From Candidatus Micrarchaeota archaeon (lineage in GTDB: Archaea; Micrarchaeota; Micrarchaeia; Anstonellales; Bilamarchaeaceae), in the NCBI GenBank assembly GCA_016212505.1, contig JACRGB010000010.1, forward strand, positions 26,758 to 90,757: DNA of 64,000 nucleotides, given 5' to 3'. Below are positions 61,694-64,000 of the stretch, piece by piece (position 1 is the first letter of the stretch; the number at the start of each line of letters is the position of its first letter). Below the pieces are notes generated by a model. It was not told the DNA's origin and made no database searches. It saw only the letters and a program-made list of their open reading frames with translations. Position numbers and translations under genes: made by a program.

Positions 61694-61962
61694 GTTTTAT
61701 TTCCCAGCCACCATTCTTTGAAAAACGGCAGAGTTAAGGTTGAAAAAATAAAACCAACTGCCGGAACGATCGCAACAAGAAAAGGGTTTGGCGCGTTTAT
61801 CAAAACCAAAAAAAGTGCTGCAAAAAGGTAGGTGCCAATCGAGATTATAATGCGACGCGAATTACATAGTTCCCATCTTTTGTCTGATTCAACACGAACG
61901 TTGCGTTCTTTTAGTTTTGTTATTTCACTTTCGAGTTTTTCGATTTCTTGGGTAGTTACCAC
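61687..61962 (-). CDS. Small membrane protein (likely GTG start 61962)
   Basis: Coiled coil ERNVRVESDKRWE followed by two TM helices. Confidence 0.7.
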   Translation of the reverse strand: MVTTQEIEKLESEITKLKERNVRVESDKRWELCNSRRIIISIGTYLFAALFLVLINAPNPFLVAIVPAVGFIFSTLTLPFFKEWWLGNKTH

Positions 61963-62028
61963 AGATAAATGATGTAAGCAAAAAGTTAAAAACAATGGAT
62001 GATTAGTTATCCTATGGTAATCAGAATC

Positions 62029-63429
62029 ATGCGCCCCCACTCTGAAGACTTTGAAGAAAAGCACGAGGAGTGTGGGTTAGTTGCTATTTATTCTAAAAAA
62101 GGAAAACCAGTCGCCCAGTTAATCTACCGCGCGCTTATGGCACTCCAGCACCGAGGCCAGGACGCTGCAGGATTTGCGATTTTTGAGAACGGGAAAATAG
62201 AGGTTAGAAAAGGCCTGGGTTTGGTCAATGAGGCATTCAAAATAGAGGATTTTGATTTGTTAGGCCCCATTGGGATCGGCCATACGCGGTATCCGACCGC
62301 AGGATTGATAACAAAAGCAGAGATACACCCGTTTGTGAATGATGATGTTGCGATTGCCCACAATGGCCATCTTGCGAATTATAAGTTAATCAAAAAAGAC
62401 ATAGAAAAAAGGCACACTTTGGTGGGCACTTCGGACTCTGAAGTTATATCGATCTTACTAAAGGAGAACCTATCGGGGGGTATAGACAAGGCAGTGGGTA
62501 AGATAATGGATGCGATAGATGGCGCATATTCCAATGTTGGTATTGTTCAGGGGAAGATAATCGCATTTCGGGATCCGCATGCGATAAGGCCACTAGTCTA
62601 TGGCGAAAATCAGGACTACATTTGTTTTGCATCGGAAACAACTGCATTGGATATAAACAACATAGGTTATTCCGGGGACCTTGGACCAGGAGAGCTTGCA
62701 GTAATTGAAAATGGTAAAATAGTTAAAAAAACAATAAAAAAACAAGAACCACGCCATTGTATGTTTGAATATGTTTATTTTGCAAGGCCGGATTCAGTAA
62801 TAAATAAATTGAGTGTTTTGGAGGTACGGAAAAAACTGGGCCAGACGCTTGCCAGGGAACAGCCAGTAAAGGCAGATGTGATAGTTCCAATACCAGATAC
62901 TGCACGAACTGCAGCCGGAGCGTTTTCCAAAGAGAGCGGCATAATGATGGATGAGGGCCTCATAAAGAATCGGTATATTGGCAGGACATTTATTATGCCC
63001 TCACAAGATAAGAGAAAGGCGGCGGTGAGCTTGAAATTAAACCCGGTAAAAAGCGTTGTTAGCGGAAAGCGGGTTGTATTAATCGATGATTCAATTGTCA
63101 GGGGCACAACCCTAAGGGAAATTGTGAGCCTGGTAAGGGGTGCTGGGGCAAAAGAAGTTCACCTTCGGATAACCTGCCCGCCACTAATTGCACCCTGTTT
63201 TTATGGGGTGGACATGGCAACTTATAAGGAACTGATAGCAAACAATAAAAGTGTTGAAGAGATACGTAAGTTCCTAGGAGCAGATAGTTTGGGATACATT
63301 TCGATTAGTGGCCTGAAGAAGGCGATAGGCCTTCCGGTCTGCACAGGTTGTCTGAATGAGGAGTATGTTACTCCATATGCTAAAAAACTAGCGCTAGAAA
63401 AAAGAGATGATGAGGCGTTTTGTGGATGA
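62029..63429 (+). CDS. purF: Amidophosphoribosyltransferase (likely start 62029)
   Basis: Propeptide then EECG, LQHRGQD, GHTRY, HNG, CMFEYVYFARPDS, DDSIVRGTT, PCFYG and CTGC. Confidence 0.96.
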   Translation: MRPHSEDFEEKHEECGLVAIYSKKGKPVAQLIYRALMALQHRGQDAAGFAIFENGKIEVRKGLGLVNEAFKIEDFDLLGPIGIGHTRYPTAGLITKAEIHPFVNDDVAIAHNGHLANYKLIKKDIEKRHTLVGTSDSEVISILLKENLSGGIDKAVGKIMDAIDGAYSNVGIVQGKIIAFRDPHAIRPLVYGENQDYICFASETTALDINNIGYSGDLGPGELAVIENGKIVKKTIKKQEPRHCMFEYVYFARPDSVINKLSVLEVRKKLGQTLAREQPVKADVIVPIPDTARTAAGAFSKESGIMMDEGLIKNRYIGRTFIMPSQDKRKAAVSLKLNPVKSVVSGKRVVLIDDSIVRGTTLREIVSLVRGAGAKEVHLRITCPPLIAPCFYGVDMATYKELIANNKSVEEIRKFLGADSLGYISISGLKKAIGLPVCTGCLNEEYVTPYAKKLALEKRDDEAFCG

Positions 63430-63485
63430 GTTTGCAGGCAGAATGTATAGGGATAAGAGAGCAGATTGATGGAGTTGCGGAATAA

Positions 63486-64000
63486 ATGGTTGTAGTAGAA
63501 TATTTATACGAGGATATGAAAAAACTAGTTAACCTCCCATTAAATAAGGTAATTGATGGACTAAACAATTTGGGAGCCCCCTCAGAGTACAATGAGGAAG
63601 CCAAAGCGATAGTGTCTGAAATCACCCCGAATCGGCCAGATTGGTATTCGGTGCATGGTCTTGCACGCTCGGTTTTGGAGTATTATAAAAAAGATAAAAA
63701 ATCCTACAAGGCCAAAAAATCAAATTATGTTGTCAATGTGGAAAATACCATAGATAGCTGGCCCTATGCGGTCTGCGCAGTGGTAAAGGGCCTAAAATTC
63801 GATGATGAAAAGATCACTGAGATAATACATCTGCAGGAAAAAATCGGCCTGACATTCCTAAGGCACAGAAAAAAAGGGGGACCGGGGCTCTACCCATTGG
63901 AAAAAATTGCATTTCCGGTAAAATTTACTGCTGAAGAACCAGAGAAAATAAGATACCGGCCCTTGGAGTACCCAAGCGCCATAAGCGGGAAGGAAATTTT
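63486..64000 (+). CDS. pheT: Phenylalanine-tRNA ligase beta subunit, truncated by the window end
   Basis: Translated by hand (not in the ORF track): MVVVEY...EITPNRPDWYSVHGLAR...LQEK. Confidence 0.9.
   Translation, partial: MVVVEYLYEDMKKLVNLPLNKVIDGLNNLGAPSEYNEEAKAIVSEITPNRPDWYSVHGLARSVLEYYKKDKKSYKAKKSNYVVNVENTIDSWPYAVCAVVKGLKFDDEKITEIIHLQEKIGLTFLRHRKKGGPGLYPLEKIAFPVKFTAEEPEKIRYRPLEYPSAISGKEI

Overview
This is a gene-dense archaeal chromosomal window. It most likely comes from a DPANN archaeon of the Micrarchaeota type; that is an inference from aIF5B, PCNA, GatD/GatE, class I CCA-adding enzyme, AglB, Ogg, ADP-forming acetyl-CoA synthetase, BHB-type tRNA introns and gyrAB. Housekeeping genes include aIF5B, PCNA, Rad50, CCA, gyrB with an HNH intein, gyrA, gatE, gatD, aglB, ftsZ, pyrD/pyrK, a riboflavin operon, acdA/acdB, purF and partial pheT. 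Accessory content includes a vapBC pair, a CcdA/thioredoxin redox cluster, a DtxR/MntR-led metal cluster (two-domain multicopper oxidase, ZIP, Cys-less cupredoxin, Nramp), two T4SS/Ced-like membrane genes, and about eight large orphan genes scattered between conserved genes. Non-coding signals read directly from the DNA are: a tRNA-Val(GAC) split by two long structured introns; a candidate C/D-box guide sRNA whose D' guide fits the 23S P-loop (Gm2251); palindromic operators at the mntR and ribB promoters; a hairpin-rich insertion with a 15-bp duplication that rewrites the GatD C-terminus; and other hairpin-rich intergenic elements. I saw no CRISPR array, rRNA gene or transposase. All family calls come from motif recognition by eye, not from database searches.
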